Part shown: positions 1-9,930 of the stretch, one piece after another
Numbering within the stretch: the first letter of the stretch is position 1
Layout: every line of letters begins with the position of its first letter
Source of the DNA: Pseudomonadales bacterium
Lineage (GTDB): Bacteria > Pseudomonadota > Gammaproteobacteria > Pseudomonadales > Azotimanducaceae
NCBI GenBank assembly: GCA_041752315.1
Contig: JBGSHJ010000015.1
Location: 1-32,000 of the forward strand
Reading direction: 5' to 3'
DNA: 32,000 nucleotides
Position numbers and translations under genes: made by a program
The notes under the pieces: generated by a model
Seen by the model: the letters and a program-made list of their open reading frames with translations, nothing else
What the model was told of the DNA's origin: nothing
Database searches by the model: none

Positions 1-2337
1 ATGATTCGACCGTCGTCATCTTCCTTCCATTTCTGAGCTGCCTACGCGGCAGTGAACACCATCGAGCAGTACGGATTTGACCCGTACCATTTCTGAGCTG
101 CCTACGCGGCAGTGAACCAGAAGCTGTACGACGAGCGGACCGAGTTCAATTTCTGAGCTGCCTACGCGGCAGTGAACAAGGACTATGGCGTGAATGCGAA
201 TGCCGGAGATTTCTGAGCTGCCTACGCGGCAGTGAACGGTCCGGAGACGACATGACGGCACAACGTAGTTTTCTGAGCTGCCTACGCGGCAGTGAACGTG
301 CCATCGATCGTTCGCATGGCAGCGTAGAATTTCTGAGCTGCCTACGCGGCAGTGAACACGACACGACGAAGTTTCCGAACGATGGCGCGTTTCTGAGCTG
401 CCTACGCGGCAGTGAACGTTCCACTACAACGGCAACCCGGTGATGACGTTTTCTGAGCTGCCTACGCGGCAGTGAACGTGCGATGGCCTGTCAGAGGGCA
501 CGGACTGCCTTTCTGAGCTGCCTACGCGGCAGTGAACGCTGTGCGTTGCTGCGCTGATGGGTTGCGTAGTTTCTGAGCTGCCTACGCGGCAGTGAACCCG
601 ATGGTCACGATCTTGCCAATCACCACATTTTTCTGAGCTGCCTACGCGGCAGTGAACGAGTACGGCGTGCATCACCGGACAATTCAGAATTTCTGAGCTG
701 CCTACGCGGCAGTGAACACAGAGTCAGCGCAGATCCCTGCGGCTTTGATTTTCTGAGCTGCCTACGCGGCAGTGAACACAGCGGCCCGTCCTTGTGCTCG
801 CTGATTCTTTTTCTGAGCTGCCTACGCGGCAGTGAACCGATGGCGTGCAGCGTGGTGCCTTGCTGGTTTTTTCTGAGCTGCCTACGCGGCAGTGAACTTT
901 TCTATTCGAAGGGATTCTGGGGTGATGTATTTCTGAGCTGCCTACGCGGCAGTGAACACTGTCACCAGGTTCTTGACGACTGGTCGGATTTTCTGAGCTG
1001 CCTACGCGGCAGTGAACTGATCCATGGCGGTCCAGGTGGTGGCAAGACCTTTCTGAGCTGCCTACGCGGCAGTGAACCAATGCACACAGCATCCGCAATG
1101 CCATCGTGCTTTCTGAGCTGCCTACGCGGCAGTGAACGCCATCGCTCACGTCCGGCATGCGTACCCGTGTTTCTGAGCTGCCTACGCGGCAGTGAACCCG
1201 GTTGCCCTGTGATGCGTCACCGAGTCATATTTCTGAGCTGCCTACGCGGCAGTGAACCAGGCGTTCATTCTGACCACGGTTTTCGGGTGTTTCTGAGCTG
1301 CCTACGCGGCAGTGAACGTTGTTGGTTGTTGGCACCAGTGGGTTCGTCTTTTCTGAGCTGCCTACGCGGCAGTGAACATCCCATGTTGCTTTGTTCATGG
1401 TGTCTCTTTTTTCTGAGCTGCCTACGCGGCAGTGAACAATCCTGAACGCCTTGCACTGCTCGCCGCACATTTCTGAGCTGCCTACGCGGCAGTGAACCTC
1501 GTTGACCCAGACGTAACGACGGCCTCTGATTTCTGAGCTGCCTACGCGGCAGTGAACATCGAGATGCACCGCTGGTACGATCTTGATGATTTCTGAGCTG
1601 CCTACGCGGCAGTGAACAGTGTATGAGACTCGTATCGTCGCCCTCCGATTTTCTGAGCTGCCTACGCGGCAGTGAACGTCATCCACGCAGAGCGCCCGAG
1701 CGGCGTGGATTTCTGAGCTGCCTACGCGGCAGTGAACCCAGCAGTTCACCACCGGTGATCGTCTCTGTTTTTCTGAGCTGCCTACGCGGCAGTGAACGAT
1801 CACGGTGCCGCTGGTCGAGCTGGTGCCGATTTCTGAGCTGCCTACGCGGCAGTGAACGGGCCTGCAGGTCATCGACCACTGCCTGTAATTTTCTGAGCTG
1901 CCTACGCGGCAGTGAACTGTGGTCATCTCACTGTCCCGCAAGCGAGACATTTCTGAGCTGCCTACGCGGCAGTGAACGTTGTCTCGTGCGCCGCTCAGGC
2001 GGATAAGCTTTTCTGAGCTGCCTACGCGGCAGTGAACGAAAGGCGCTGACGGTCTGACTGACAAGCAATTTCTGAGCTGCCTACGCGGCAGTGAACTTCG
2101 CAGACAGGCTCGCTGCTGGCGACACCCATTTCTGAGCTGCCTACGCGGCAGTGAACTCCGTTCCTTCGGGGGCTCCACAGAAGGTCAATTTCTGAGCTGC
2201 CTACGCGGCAGTGAACGTCGCTGATGTCCCGTGCGTTTGGTTGCTCGATTTTCTGAGCTGCCTACGCGGCAGTGAACTCCGTCCGGGCGAGCCGACCCGG
2301 TGTGTCGGCTTTCTGAGCTGCCTACGCGGCAGTGAAC
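1..2337 (-). CRISPR. Type I-F CRISPR array with at least 39 repeats, truncated by the left window edge
   Basis: There are 39 identical copies of the 28-nt repeat TTTCTGAGCTGCCTACGCGGCAGTGAAC on the + strand (first at 30-57, last at 2310-2337). The period is 60 nt, with unique 32-nt spacers except one of 31 nt (2038-2068) and one of 33 nt (2217-2249). The reverse complement GTTCACTGCCGCGTAGGCAGCTCAGAAA fits the type I-F repeat family and carries the CUGCC/GGCAG Cas6f hairpin. Strand is inferred from repeat orientation and from the leader and cas genes at the right end. Confidence 0.97.
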
Positions 2338-2466
2338 TACCAACGAAAGCCTATAACTTTATGATTTTAAAGAACATTAGTAGACTCAGTCACCGCAAAC
2401 CCTTTTTAAGGGCATAAACGTAACTATCTGATCTACAAAGAATAAAAATTTTCCGTGCAGAAAGGG
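2338..2466 (-). promoter_or_regulatory. CRISPR leader, the AT-rich region between the cas6f stop and the first repeat
   Basis: This 129-nt stretch is markedly AT-rich (for example ctataactttatgattttaaagaacattag and aagaataaaaatttt) and sits between the cas6f stop (2467) and the leader-proximal repeat (2310-2337). It contains a weak IHF-like match on the minus strand (plus 2421-2433, two mismatches to WATCAANNNNTTR) and a 5-bp hairpin at 2400-2412. I could not pin down the promoter elements themselves. Confidence 0.6.
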
Positions 2467-3021
2467 TCAAAACCAAGGCACGGTCGCGCTGGAGCTAAGT
2501 CCATATCGGCTAAAAGAACCTTGGGTTGGATTCGTCCACAACGGCCCATGCCGGATAAACAATCGAAACTGTTGGCCACTGCTATTGCTTCGAAGAACGA
2601 GGAAAGGCATCTCACAACTCTTCGCTGCGGAATCTGGAATCCGCTCCATCGCCTCTTGCAGATTGACCCCATGGCGCCGAACCAACCGTCGCCGTGCTCG
2701 GACAGGACTGCTATCCACTTGTATCCGGCTCACGCAGCGGTACTTCGAGTCAGTAGGAACGACAGTCAACTCACTACGGTCCAGGTGGTCACGCATGCCT
2801 GTCAGCCAGTCCAACGCCATAAGTCGATCCAGTGCTTCGACGCTGCTGTGAAGGCGCAGTCGGCCGCCAAGATCCTGTCCAACCTCTGGGAAGCTCACTC
2901 CAATATCACTGCATTGCAAGTCGTGCAGACCTCGATGCAGCTTGGCAAATAACGCATTCATCAACTGCTGCCTTGGAAACTCCGGGTCAGGCAAAAGTGT
3001 CAGGTCCACGTAGTGATCCAT
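2467..3021 (-). CDS. cas6f: Cas6f (Csy4) CRISPR RNA endoribonuclease
   Basis: The 184-aa ORF starts MDHYVDLTLLPDPEFP and ends QQFRLFIRHGPL...YGLSSSATVPWF, co-linear with P. aeruginosa Csy4 as I recall it. It is the last gene before the leader and array. Confidence 0.95.
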   Translation of the reverse strand: MDHYVDLTLLPDPEFPRQQLMNALFAKLHRGLHDLQCSDIGVSFPEVGQDLGGRLRLHSSVEALDRLMALDWLTGMRDHLDRSELTVVPTDSKYRCVSRIQVDSSPVRARRRLVRRHGVNLQEAMERIPDSAAKSCEMPFLVLRSNSSGQQFRLFIRHGPLWTNPTQGSFSRYGLSSSATVPWF

Positions 3022-3024
3022 GAT

Positions 3025-4071
3025 TCATCCCTTGTCAGAGTCGCCGAACACTCCACCGCGAATCAGCGTAGCTATGACAAAGTGCTGTTGTTCCAACGAT
3101 GGTACCTTGTCTTTTAGCACCCACTTGTCCAGCAGTGAGTAGAAGTCATCATTTGTCTTCCGCGGCTGGCGATACGCCCTTCCCTGCGTAGTTACCGAGC
3201 CGTAAGGCTCTACAGCGATCGGGCCGTTGATTGCGGCCCCGTCGTACCAGCTATCGATACTGCGCAAGGCGTTACCAACTTTCTGAGAATGAAAGCCAGC
3301 TATGTCGTCGACGTGGTACAAAGTCTTGCTCTTGTCGCCGCGACCTCGGTCAAGAATCAACTCCTGCGAAGGGAACACCTCCTGCCCTGCTCCGACGCGC
3401 GCAAAAGCAGTGACCTTCAAAAGCACATGACACTCCCCTGCCAATCCCTTTCGCATGATTTCAGCCAACGCGTCTACGCTTTTTGCCGCTGTTTTATCCT
3501 CAGGTTTATCGAACGAGCGCAGCGACAACGCAAAGGCATTGAACCTCCACTCACTCTGTTCCTGTCCGTCGACCAAGTGGGCAATGCGCGTCTCCACCTG
3601 TTCCGCACCGATACGGTTGCGCCAAAGGTAGCGACCATTGGCGAGGTTGTGGGCATAACGTCGTGCCAACTCCCCGAAGGAATTCGCCTCGACATAACTC
3701 TTCACAGTGGCAACCAACTTCTGGCGATAGCCGGCGTCATTGCAGGCTGAGGGCTGCCCAGTACCATCCAGTACTCGCAGGGTAAAGGTAACCCTTAGGG
3801 TGTCCGCATCAGGAGGAAGCGCCGCGACATCGACTGTTTGCAGATTAGGATTTTCGATTGCTGCGTCGAGCTTGGCGGGGTCCTGGTCATTGGGATTTTT
3901 TAGCCGATTGGAGATGGTGCCGCGCACCGACTTCTCACGAATAGTCACGGGACTCCACGTGGCGGCGACGTCGCGTGTGTCCCAGGTACCCGAATAAAAC
4001 AATGCATCGGATGGATCCAGCTTACGCTCGAAGGCGAGGACTGAAGCAGTTTTTAGAGTGTCATTAGCCAT
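3025..4071 (-). CDS. csy3: Csy3 (Cas7f) Cascade backbone subunit
   Basis: The 348-aa ORF has the size and position (between csy2 and cas6f) typical of Cas7f. It lies 3 nt upstream of cas6f. Confidence 0.9.
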   Translation of the reverse strand: MANDTLKTASVLAFERKLDPSDALFYSGTWDTRDVAATWSPVTIREKSVRGTISNRLKNPNDQDPAKLDAAIENPNLQTVDVAALPPDADTLRVTFTLRVLDGTGQPSACNDAGYRQKLVATVKSYVEANSFGELARRYAHNLANGRYLWRNRIGAEQVETRIAHLVDGQEQSEWRFNAFALSLRSFDKPEDKTAAKSVDALAEIMRKGLAGECHVLLKVTAFARVGAGQEVFPSQELILDRGRGDKSKTLYHVDDIAGFHSQKVGNALRSIDSWYDGAAINGPIAVEPYGSVTTQGRAYRQPRKTNDDFYSLLDKWVLKDKVPSLEQQHFVIATLIRGGVFGDSDKG

Positions 4072-4103
4072 TTTGAGTTTCCTTATCAGTGAAGAAACGA
4101 GTG

Positions 4104-5084
4104 CTAGTCGAAGTCGTAAGCTGTGGCTGGCCGGAAGTCATTTCGGCACCGGTACAAGCCATCGTCTGGCTGACTATCGGCATACCAAAGCAATTGCCGG
4201 GCGTCTTGCAAACGATGCGGGCTTAGCCATTGGCCGACGCCGTAAATGCTTTCTACGAATCGAAACGGCGTTTCACGATCCCTTGTGTTGGCTACCCGAC
4301 CAGGCGGATGCAGGTCACCGAGAGCTCCATATCCCAGCGGAATCGGTACGATCCAGCCAAGACCTTTGCGATCGTTCTGCCATTGTTTACCGGGCTCAGA
4401 TTGATCGCTCTCGTGCCAACGCCAGTTAACGCGCGACAACGACAGCCAGGCATCAAGCTGCGTGGCTTGCGGATCCGCTTCCAGCAAGCTCGCGTAGCGC
4501 TGCGACAGCAAATCCTGACGCTCCACGAGGGCAAACCCCGGCAGTAGGCGTAGCTTGAGCTGATTGAAGAGCACCTCGCAACCTTGTGAATCACCGGTCT
4601 GAGCCACCACGTAGGGCAATTGCCGTCGGCGCTGAACTGTTGAGGGAATTATTGAACCGCCTGCGATGCGCATTTGGCAGAGCAAGTCATGCACTCGACG
4701 CACGGTGATGGAAGCGGATCTCTCATCCGCTAGTGCGTCGCTCTGCACAGCGAATACCAGGCTGATATCGAGATGGATGCGTCCCTCCTCGACAATGGCG
4801 GCTGTAGTTCCGTCCTTGTCCACGGGGTTGCGAGTCAAACGAAACGCCTCAACAAATCCACCCTCTGTAGTCAACTCCTGATGTCGATGGGTCACCACCC
4901 CAACCGCATTAAATTTGAGATCCAACCCGGCAGTGTGGGTTTTCCGCTCCAACGCCCACAACAATCCGAGAAAGGCAGTCATGGATGGGAAGCCGTGGGT
5001 CAGTGGACTGGAAATCGCATTGGCGTTTTGCACCCGAAGCCGTGGCATCACCAACAAGAAATCGAACTGCGGGCACTCAATCAT
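4104..5084 (-). CDS. csy2: Csy2 (Cas5f) Cascade subunit
   Basis: The 326-aa ORF has the size and position canonical for Cas5f. It overlaps the end of csy1 by 8 nt. Confidence 0.88.
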   Translation of the reverse strand: MIECPQFDFLLVMPRLRVQNANAISSPLTHGFPSMTAFLGLLWALERKTHTAGLDLKFNAVGVVTHRHQELTTEGGFVEAFRLTRNPVDKDGTTAAIVEEGRIHLDISLVFAVQSDALADERSASITVRRVHDLLCQMRIAGGSIIPSTVQRRRQLPYVVAQTGDSQGCEVLFNQLKLRLLPGFALVERQDLLSQRYASLLEADPQATQLDAWLSLSRVNWRWHESDQSEPGKQWQNDRKGLGWIVPIPLGYGALGDLHPPGRVANTRDRETPFRFVESIYGVGQWLSPHRLQDARQLLWYADSQPDDGLYRCRNDFRPATAYDFD

Positions 5085-6510
5085 GGGCTACCCCTTGGGC
5101 TTGTCGTTCGCTCTCTGTAAGCACATGCCCGTACATGCGCGCGGGCCACTCGGCATCGATAATTGCCTGCTTCGCCCATTGGGCATGTTCTGCATCCCCG
5201 ACCGGGATTCCATGCTGGAAAAGGATCGCGTTGATCCAGTTGCCGAAACGGTGAGCCACTTCGGCAGGCCAGCCGTTCCATTCAAAAGCAGCGTTGAAGG
5301 CCAAATCATCTTCGTGGCAGTCTGAGCGCAATGGCAATTCAACCCGCTCTGGATCGAGCCATAACTGCTCGGACAAAGGCAACAGACAATTAACATCTCG
5401 CGTCCAGCCGGGCGAGAACAGTTCGCGCGTGGAAAGACCAAACGCCACCAGCGACTGCCCCAACGCTCGCTCGATATACTCACGTTCTAGGCGCGTTTCC
5501 ATCGTCGCTGTGGGATTGCCTTTCAGGAGGGCCACCAGTCCATCGACAAGTTCATCGACGCCTTCGAAACGTCGAAAGCGCGACAGTGCCGAATCTATGA
5601 ACAGAAACTGTCGTGGGCGGTCCTGATCCCACTGAGGCGGTAGCGATGCCAGCAGGTAGTTGACCCCGGCCCGCTCACTGTTCAAATGGCTGATGTTCTG
5701 TGGTTTGGTTCCACCCAATTTGCGGATCACCAGATTGCGGTAGTCGCGGTAAGTTTGATCGTGGGGAAAGTTGTCGCGTCGTGCCTGCCGGGCCGCCTTA
5801 TTGCCCTCACCGAAGCGGGCGTCGTTGATCTCTCGGTGCACGGCATGTACGAAGCTGCTGGGAAACAATGGCTGCAGTAGGTGGTAACCTGCATCATCAG
5901 TCGGATCATCTGCAATCAGCCAAAAAACCTGCTTGGTCTTGGTGTCTGCAGTAGGTCGCGAAACCTTTTCGGACAGAAGCGCTACGTAGTTGCTTGCCAG
6001 CAGATTTGCTTCCACATCGTTTTCAGCATCATCTGCAAAGGCATTAACGGCATCTCGGTCTTCTTCAAGAAGCCAATCACACAGAGACTTACCTTCGAAT
6101 TCAAGATCAAGCAATAGGTACAACTCGTAGGCAGCAGAGTTATATGCGCCATCACCCGTAGTGTCGGCCAGGCTTTTTCCTTGGGGGAGCAGATGAGAAC
6201 CGATTTCTCTTCGCGCAGGAAGATCACCAAAGCGAATGTTCAGATTGCTAACCACCTTTGCCTTCAAATCTGGATGAGTGGCCTTGGCAATATGTGTGGC
6301 TACGACGATATTCGTACTGCAGGCAATCCCCTTCTCGAGAATCTTCTCAACGCTATACTTTTCGTGAGCCTTCTTAACTTCCTGTTTAGCCAGCGAGTCA
6401 TTTTTTCCATGCCACTTTGCCAGAGCTCCAACAAGGCGCTGTGAAACATGTTCGCGCATAAGTCTTCGCATGGAAACGCTTCGATCCGTCAACACTCTAC
6501 CTATGGCCAC
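5077..6510 (-). CDS. csy1: Csy1 (Cas8f) Cascade large subunit
   Basis: The 477-aa ORF lies directly downstream of cas2-3 (9-nt gap). The N-terminal segments REHVSQRLVGALAKW and HIAKATHPDLK parallel Pa Csy1 as I recall it (ESFIQERLQGKLDKL, HTLKPIHPDARG). Confidence 0.88.
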   Translation of the reverse strand: MAIGRVLTDRSVSMRRLMREHVSQRLVGALAKWHGKNDSLAKQEVKKAHEKYSVEKILEKGIACSTNIVVATHIAKATHPDLKAKVVSNLNIRFGDLPARREIGSHLLPQGKSLADTTGDGAYNSAAYELYLLLDLEFEGKSLCDWLLEEDRDAVNAFADDAENDVEANLLASNYVALLSEKVSRPTADTKTKQVFWLIADDPTDDAGYHLLQPLFPSSFVHAVHREINDARFGEGNKAARQARRDNFPHDQTYRDYRNLVIRKLGGTKPQNISHLNSERAGVNYLLASLPPQWDQDRPRQFLFIDSALSRFRRFEGVDELVDGLVALLKGNPTATMETRLEREYIERALGQSLVAFGLSTRELFSPGWTRDVNCLLPLSEQLWLDPERVELPLRSDCHEDDLAFNAAFEWNGWPAEVAHRFGNWINAILFQHGIPVGDAEHAQWAKQAIIDAEWPARMYGHVLTESERQAQGVAHD

Positions 6511-6519
6511 TCTGCCCCC

Positions 6520-9500
6520 TTACGACTTTTTCGAGAATCCCAATACGGGGTGGTAACGCCATCCCTGTGTACTTTCAGGCAAATTAACTGCAGTAAAACG
6601 TTCAGCGCAAGTCGAAAGCGACAATTCTTGTGCTTCAGCCTGCTCGTCAACCAGCACCAACAACTCGTGTCTGCCCCATGGAGCAATGCGTGGGCCGCAC
6701 AACAGAGTCAAGCGTTGGACCTGACTTTCAGCTGTGCTGTATATTGCTACCTTGCCGCGCCTAGCTTCCTGGTGGACACGATGTATCACCAGACGCTCTC
6801 CATCCTCATCGGGTAAAAACAACAGGTCGGTCTCACGTAGGTTGTCCGCGCGAAAAGGTTGTTGCTGTGGTAGTACCCATGTCAGCGAGGCGTGTGGGAA
6901 CTGCCAAGCGCAAGCTGCATCGAGCCCGATTCTCACTGCCTGGCGAGACCGCGAAGGCACGACTGTCTCACGCAACTTGGGTAGCATCTGTTCGGTCAAT
7001 CGAGCGTGCTCCAGGTCTACAAGACTGCATTTTGGCTGCCATAGTTCCTGCGAACGCGGCTGAATGCGTGGTCGAGCCGTAATGATCGCGAACTCATTCT
7101 CAAGCAGCAGGTCCCCGAGACGATGGGTGATCAATCGGAACGGCGCATCAACAGTTGCTCGTTCGTCCTCGAAACCAGGACGCACAAAAGCCGCCCCGGG
7201 CTGTCGGTCAGGGCCTGGAACGCCCGAGAAATGGCGTAAGTTGGTATCGAAAATCAGGATATTGGGTGATGCACATCGACGGTCGCGATGCCGCTGCACG
7301 CGTCCGGCGAGTTGGATTAGAGAGCGCATCGACGATGGCTCCACTACGGCCCAGTCGTAGTCGTGGTCCCGCCCCACTTCCGTTACAGGCGATCCTAACA
7401 CTACGAACAAGTGGTCTTGCTCCTGCGAAGAATCGATAGCGGTCCGAATATCTGTGCGATCAAATACAGCCAGTGGATCACGGCGATTAAGGGCTGAGTC
7501 GAGCTGGTGCTCAATCGCGGACCGCAGTATCAGCGGAAAGCGGGCGTGGTAGACACAAAGGTGAATACGGAAATTCTCCGGTGCACCCAAGCGAAACAAC
7601 TCTTGCGCAACATCGAACAAAGGCTCGATATTGGCCATCCGCACCAGGCCAAAGCTGACCTTTCTTCCGCTCTGCGGACAAATTTCGTGGTGAGCGGAGT
7701 GAGCCCGCAGTATTGCGCTTAGTACCTCGGCAGCAAATGCTGCACGAATCTCCCCCTCCTGCTTCTTTTCGATGCGGAGAGGAATCAATTCACCGCAGCG
7801 TCGCGGCCCCTCTTTTCCGATGGCACGATCCAGCGACTCTACGCGGTGAATCACAAATTGCGTGTGCTCCCTGGTGAATTGCTCAACGTCGCTGCAGCCA
7901 GCACGATGTACACCGAATTCATCCACCCAAAGACACGGAATCTCCGGTACCGACAATGTCTGGCTGCCTTGCAGTCCTCGATTGCTCAGGTAGTGGATGC
8001 GCCCAGCGCGATACGCCAGGAACATGCCATTCACAAGTGCAGGTGGCAAAGTGGCTGAGGAGAGCAGCACGCGGCTACCAAGCAAACCAGCCCGATGCAC
8101 AAGACGCGTCAGCGCAGGCAAATCGGACAAATCGAAGTCGTCGAGTTCATCCAGAACCAAGTCACTGCTCATAAGCCGAAGCATCGGTGCTATCTGTCTT
8201 CCAGCACGCTGAGCTTCAGTGGCAGGCATCAAGTGGTCAATCGTACAAACGAGCATCGGTGCCGATAACAGGGCCCGGATGCGCACGTCGCTCATCGCTT
8301 TGGACAGCAGCGGATGATCGACATATTCACCTTCGTAGAAAACATGGCTGTCTTCGTCAATCAATTCCTGAATGGACGCAGATCCGCTGGCTTCAGCCTG
8401 CGCCTCGTAATACTCGAACAGGGTTCGGCTGGCAGAGCTACCAACGCGGATCGCCAGTTCATCTTCCCCGAGGTGAAGGTCGTCTCGATAGCTTCGACCT
8501 GTCTGCAAGGTCAACGTACGTAACCCCAGGGCAAACGTCGCACGCATTCCACGCTCGGGATCGGTGAGAGCGTAGAATATTCGGGCATTTGCCAATGTCT
8601 TTCCGCAACCCGTAGACGCCATATTGATTACAAACGCGCCTTGTTCGGCGCTCACTTTGCGCATTGCTGACGCGGCATCTGCAGCCTTGTCCTGCCAACG
8701 AAAACGTTCACTGCCACTGCGCTTTCTTAGGCCGCGATGACGGGCGAGACGTGGGAGGTGACGTTCAAAGCCGGGAAGCGAACGGCAGATACTCCCAACT
8801 ATCCGCGCTACCCCTAGCAGATGCTCATCCAAAGGCTGCTTCAAGCTCCCGTCAGAATGCGTGTTGGCGTAAAGAGGAGTTGTACCATCTCCGACTACTC
8901 GCTCTGTAGAACTCGGGGATAAGCCGGAGTAATAGTGATCGGCTAACATCAGACAGAGCCTGGAGACATGCATCACGTACGGATTTTCAAGCCAGCCCCC
9001 TTTACCGGCCTTGGCACGCAGCGCCAACAAGTCGTTTGCTATCTTCGCTGCTTGGCGCTTCCATTTCGGAAGCAGTGGAGGCAACTGGTGTTCAAATCTC
9101 CAATACGGCTCAATGTTTGTTTCATCTGCGGGTTGGCTGATCTCGTTCCAGTCGTGTTCGACGTCCTTGACGATGTTGGCCAATCGCGACGATGAGAACG
9201 TGGGTGACTTCTTACCCAACCATTCCTGCATGCCAGTTCTGGCATCCTTCACTGGCAACACCGGTAATCGATGGTGTGTCACTACAAGCCAGGCAACGGC
9301 TGCAGCCAATGGTGGCAGTTTCCGGAAAGGTGGGAATTCTGCTTTATCGATGCCATCACGGATAAATCTTCCATGGGATATCCAGCTTGAATCATCTTCC
9401 GGACGAGGCTCTGCAAGTCTACGCAACCAGGCTTCATCAGTGTCTTCACCCACAAAGGCAAGGAAGAGCCGGAGCGAAACCCACTCGTGGCGATAGAGAC

Positions 9501-9930
9501 TTTTTGTTATAGCTTGCTGCTTCAGACGTAGCTGGAAAGCCACACTTGCTTTCCCTAGATCATGTAAGAGGGCTGCCAGCTGTGCCAACAACTTGATGTC
9601 TTCGCCAGTGTGCCAATCGTTCTCATGATCCTTTCGAAGCACGTCTCGCTTTGTCGTGTTGGTCGGTATCGCCCCTTGACTGTTGAATCTTCCAGCGTCC
9701 CCAACTACCCACAACAGCTCACTATGATCTCTTCCACGAATCCAGTGACAGGCGACTGCAGTATTCTTCCGAGCTGTTTTCCTCAACATCCTTCGCAACG
9801 TATCCAGACCAGCTTGCGTGATTGGTGTCTGCCAGGTTCGATCACCTCGGCGCTCGGCAAAATGATCAAGGATGCGTCGGCTGGCCACCAATGCTCGCTT
9901 GTCGCACTGGCTAATCAGCAACACATTCAT
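6520..9930 (-). CDS. cas3: Cas2-Cas3 fusion (Cas2/3, type I-F nuclease-helicase)
   Basis: The 1136-aa ORF has an N-terminal Cas2-like domain (MNVLLISQCDKRAL...). It also has an HD nuclease motif (LLHDLGKAS), helicase Walker A (ASTGCGKT) and a DExD-like motif (LVLDELDDF). It overlaps the cas1 stop by 4 nt. Confidence 0.95.
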   Translation of the reverse strand: MNVLLISQCDKRALVASRRILDHFAERRGDRTWQTPITQAGLDTLRRMLRKTARKNTAVACHWIRGRDHSELLWVVGDAGRFNSQGAIPTNTTKRDVLRKDHENDWHTGEDIKLLAQLAALLHDLGKASVAFQLRLKQQAITKSLYRHEWVSLRLFLAFVGEDTDEAWLRRLAEPRPEDDSSWISHGRFIRDGIDKAEFPPFRKLPPLAAAVAWLVVTHHRLPVLPVKDARTGMQEWLGKKSPTFSSSRLANIVKDVEHDWNEISQPADETNIEPYWRFEHQLPPLLPKWKRQAAKIANDLLALRAKAGKGGWLENPYVMHVSRLCLMLADHYYSGLSPSSTERVVGDGTTPLYANTHSDGSLKQPLDEHLLGVARIVGSICRSLPGFERHLPRLARHRGLRKRSGSERFRWQDKAADAASAMRKVSAEQGAFVINMASTGCGKTLANARIFYALTDPERGMRATFALGLRTLTLQTGRSYRDDLHLGEDELAIRVGSSASRTLFEYYEAQAEASGSASIQELIDEDSHVFYEGEYVDHPLLSKAMSDVRIRALLSAPMLVCTIDHLMPATEAQRAGRQIAPMLRLMSSDLVLDELDDFDLSDLPALTRLVHRAGLLGSRVLLSSATLPPALVNGMFLAYRAGRIHYLSNRGLQGSQTLSVPEIPCLWVDEFGVHRAGCSDVEQFTREHTQFVIHRVESLDRAIGKEGPRRCGELIPLRIEKKQEGEIRAAFAAEVLSAILRAHSAHHEICPQSGRKVSFGLVRMANIEPLFDVAQELFRLGAPENFRIHLCVYHARFPLILRSAIEHQLDSALNRRDPLAVFDRTDIRTAIDSSQEQDHLFVVLGSPVTEVGRDHDYDWAVVEPSSMRSLIQLAGRVQRHRDRRCASPNILIFDTNLRHFSGVPGPDRQPGAAFVRPGFEDERATVDAPFRLITHRLGDLLLENEFAIITARPRIQPRSQELWQPKCSLVDLEHARLTEQMLPKLRETVVPSRSRQAVRIGLDAACAWQFPHASLTWVLPQQQPFRADNLRETDLLFLPDEDGERLVIHRVHQEARRGKVAIYSTAESQVQRLTLLCGPRIAPWGRHELLVLVDEQAEAQELSLSTCAERFTAVNLPESTQGWRYHPVLGFSKKS

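Noticed and set aside
16-2417. Many long ORFs on both strands inside 1-2417, for example 1225-2178 (317 aa), 792-1445 (217 aa) and 724-1158 (144 aa), with periodic VHCRVGSSE / FLSCLRGSE / SLPRRQLRN motifs
   Set aside because: The periodic motifs are simply the 28-nt CRISPR repeat translated in different frames. These ORFs are artefacts of a stop-free repeat plus short spacers.
2455-2952. A 165-aa plus-strand ORF and other plus ORFs across the cas genes (for example 3289-3750, 9011-9496, 9610-10206)
   Set aside because: They are antisense to strongly supported cas genes, have no motifs and a shadow-frame composition.
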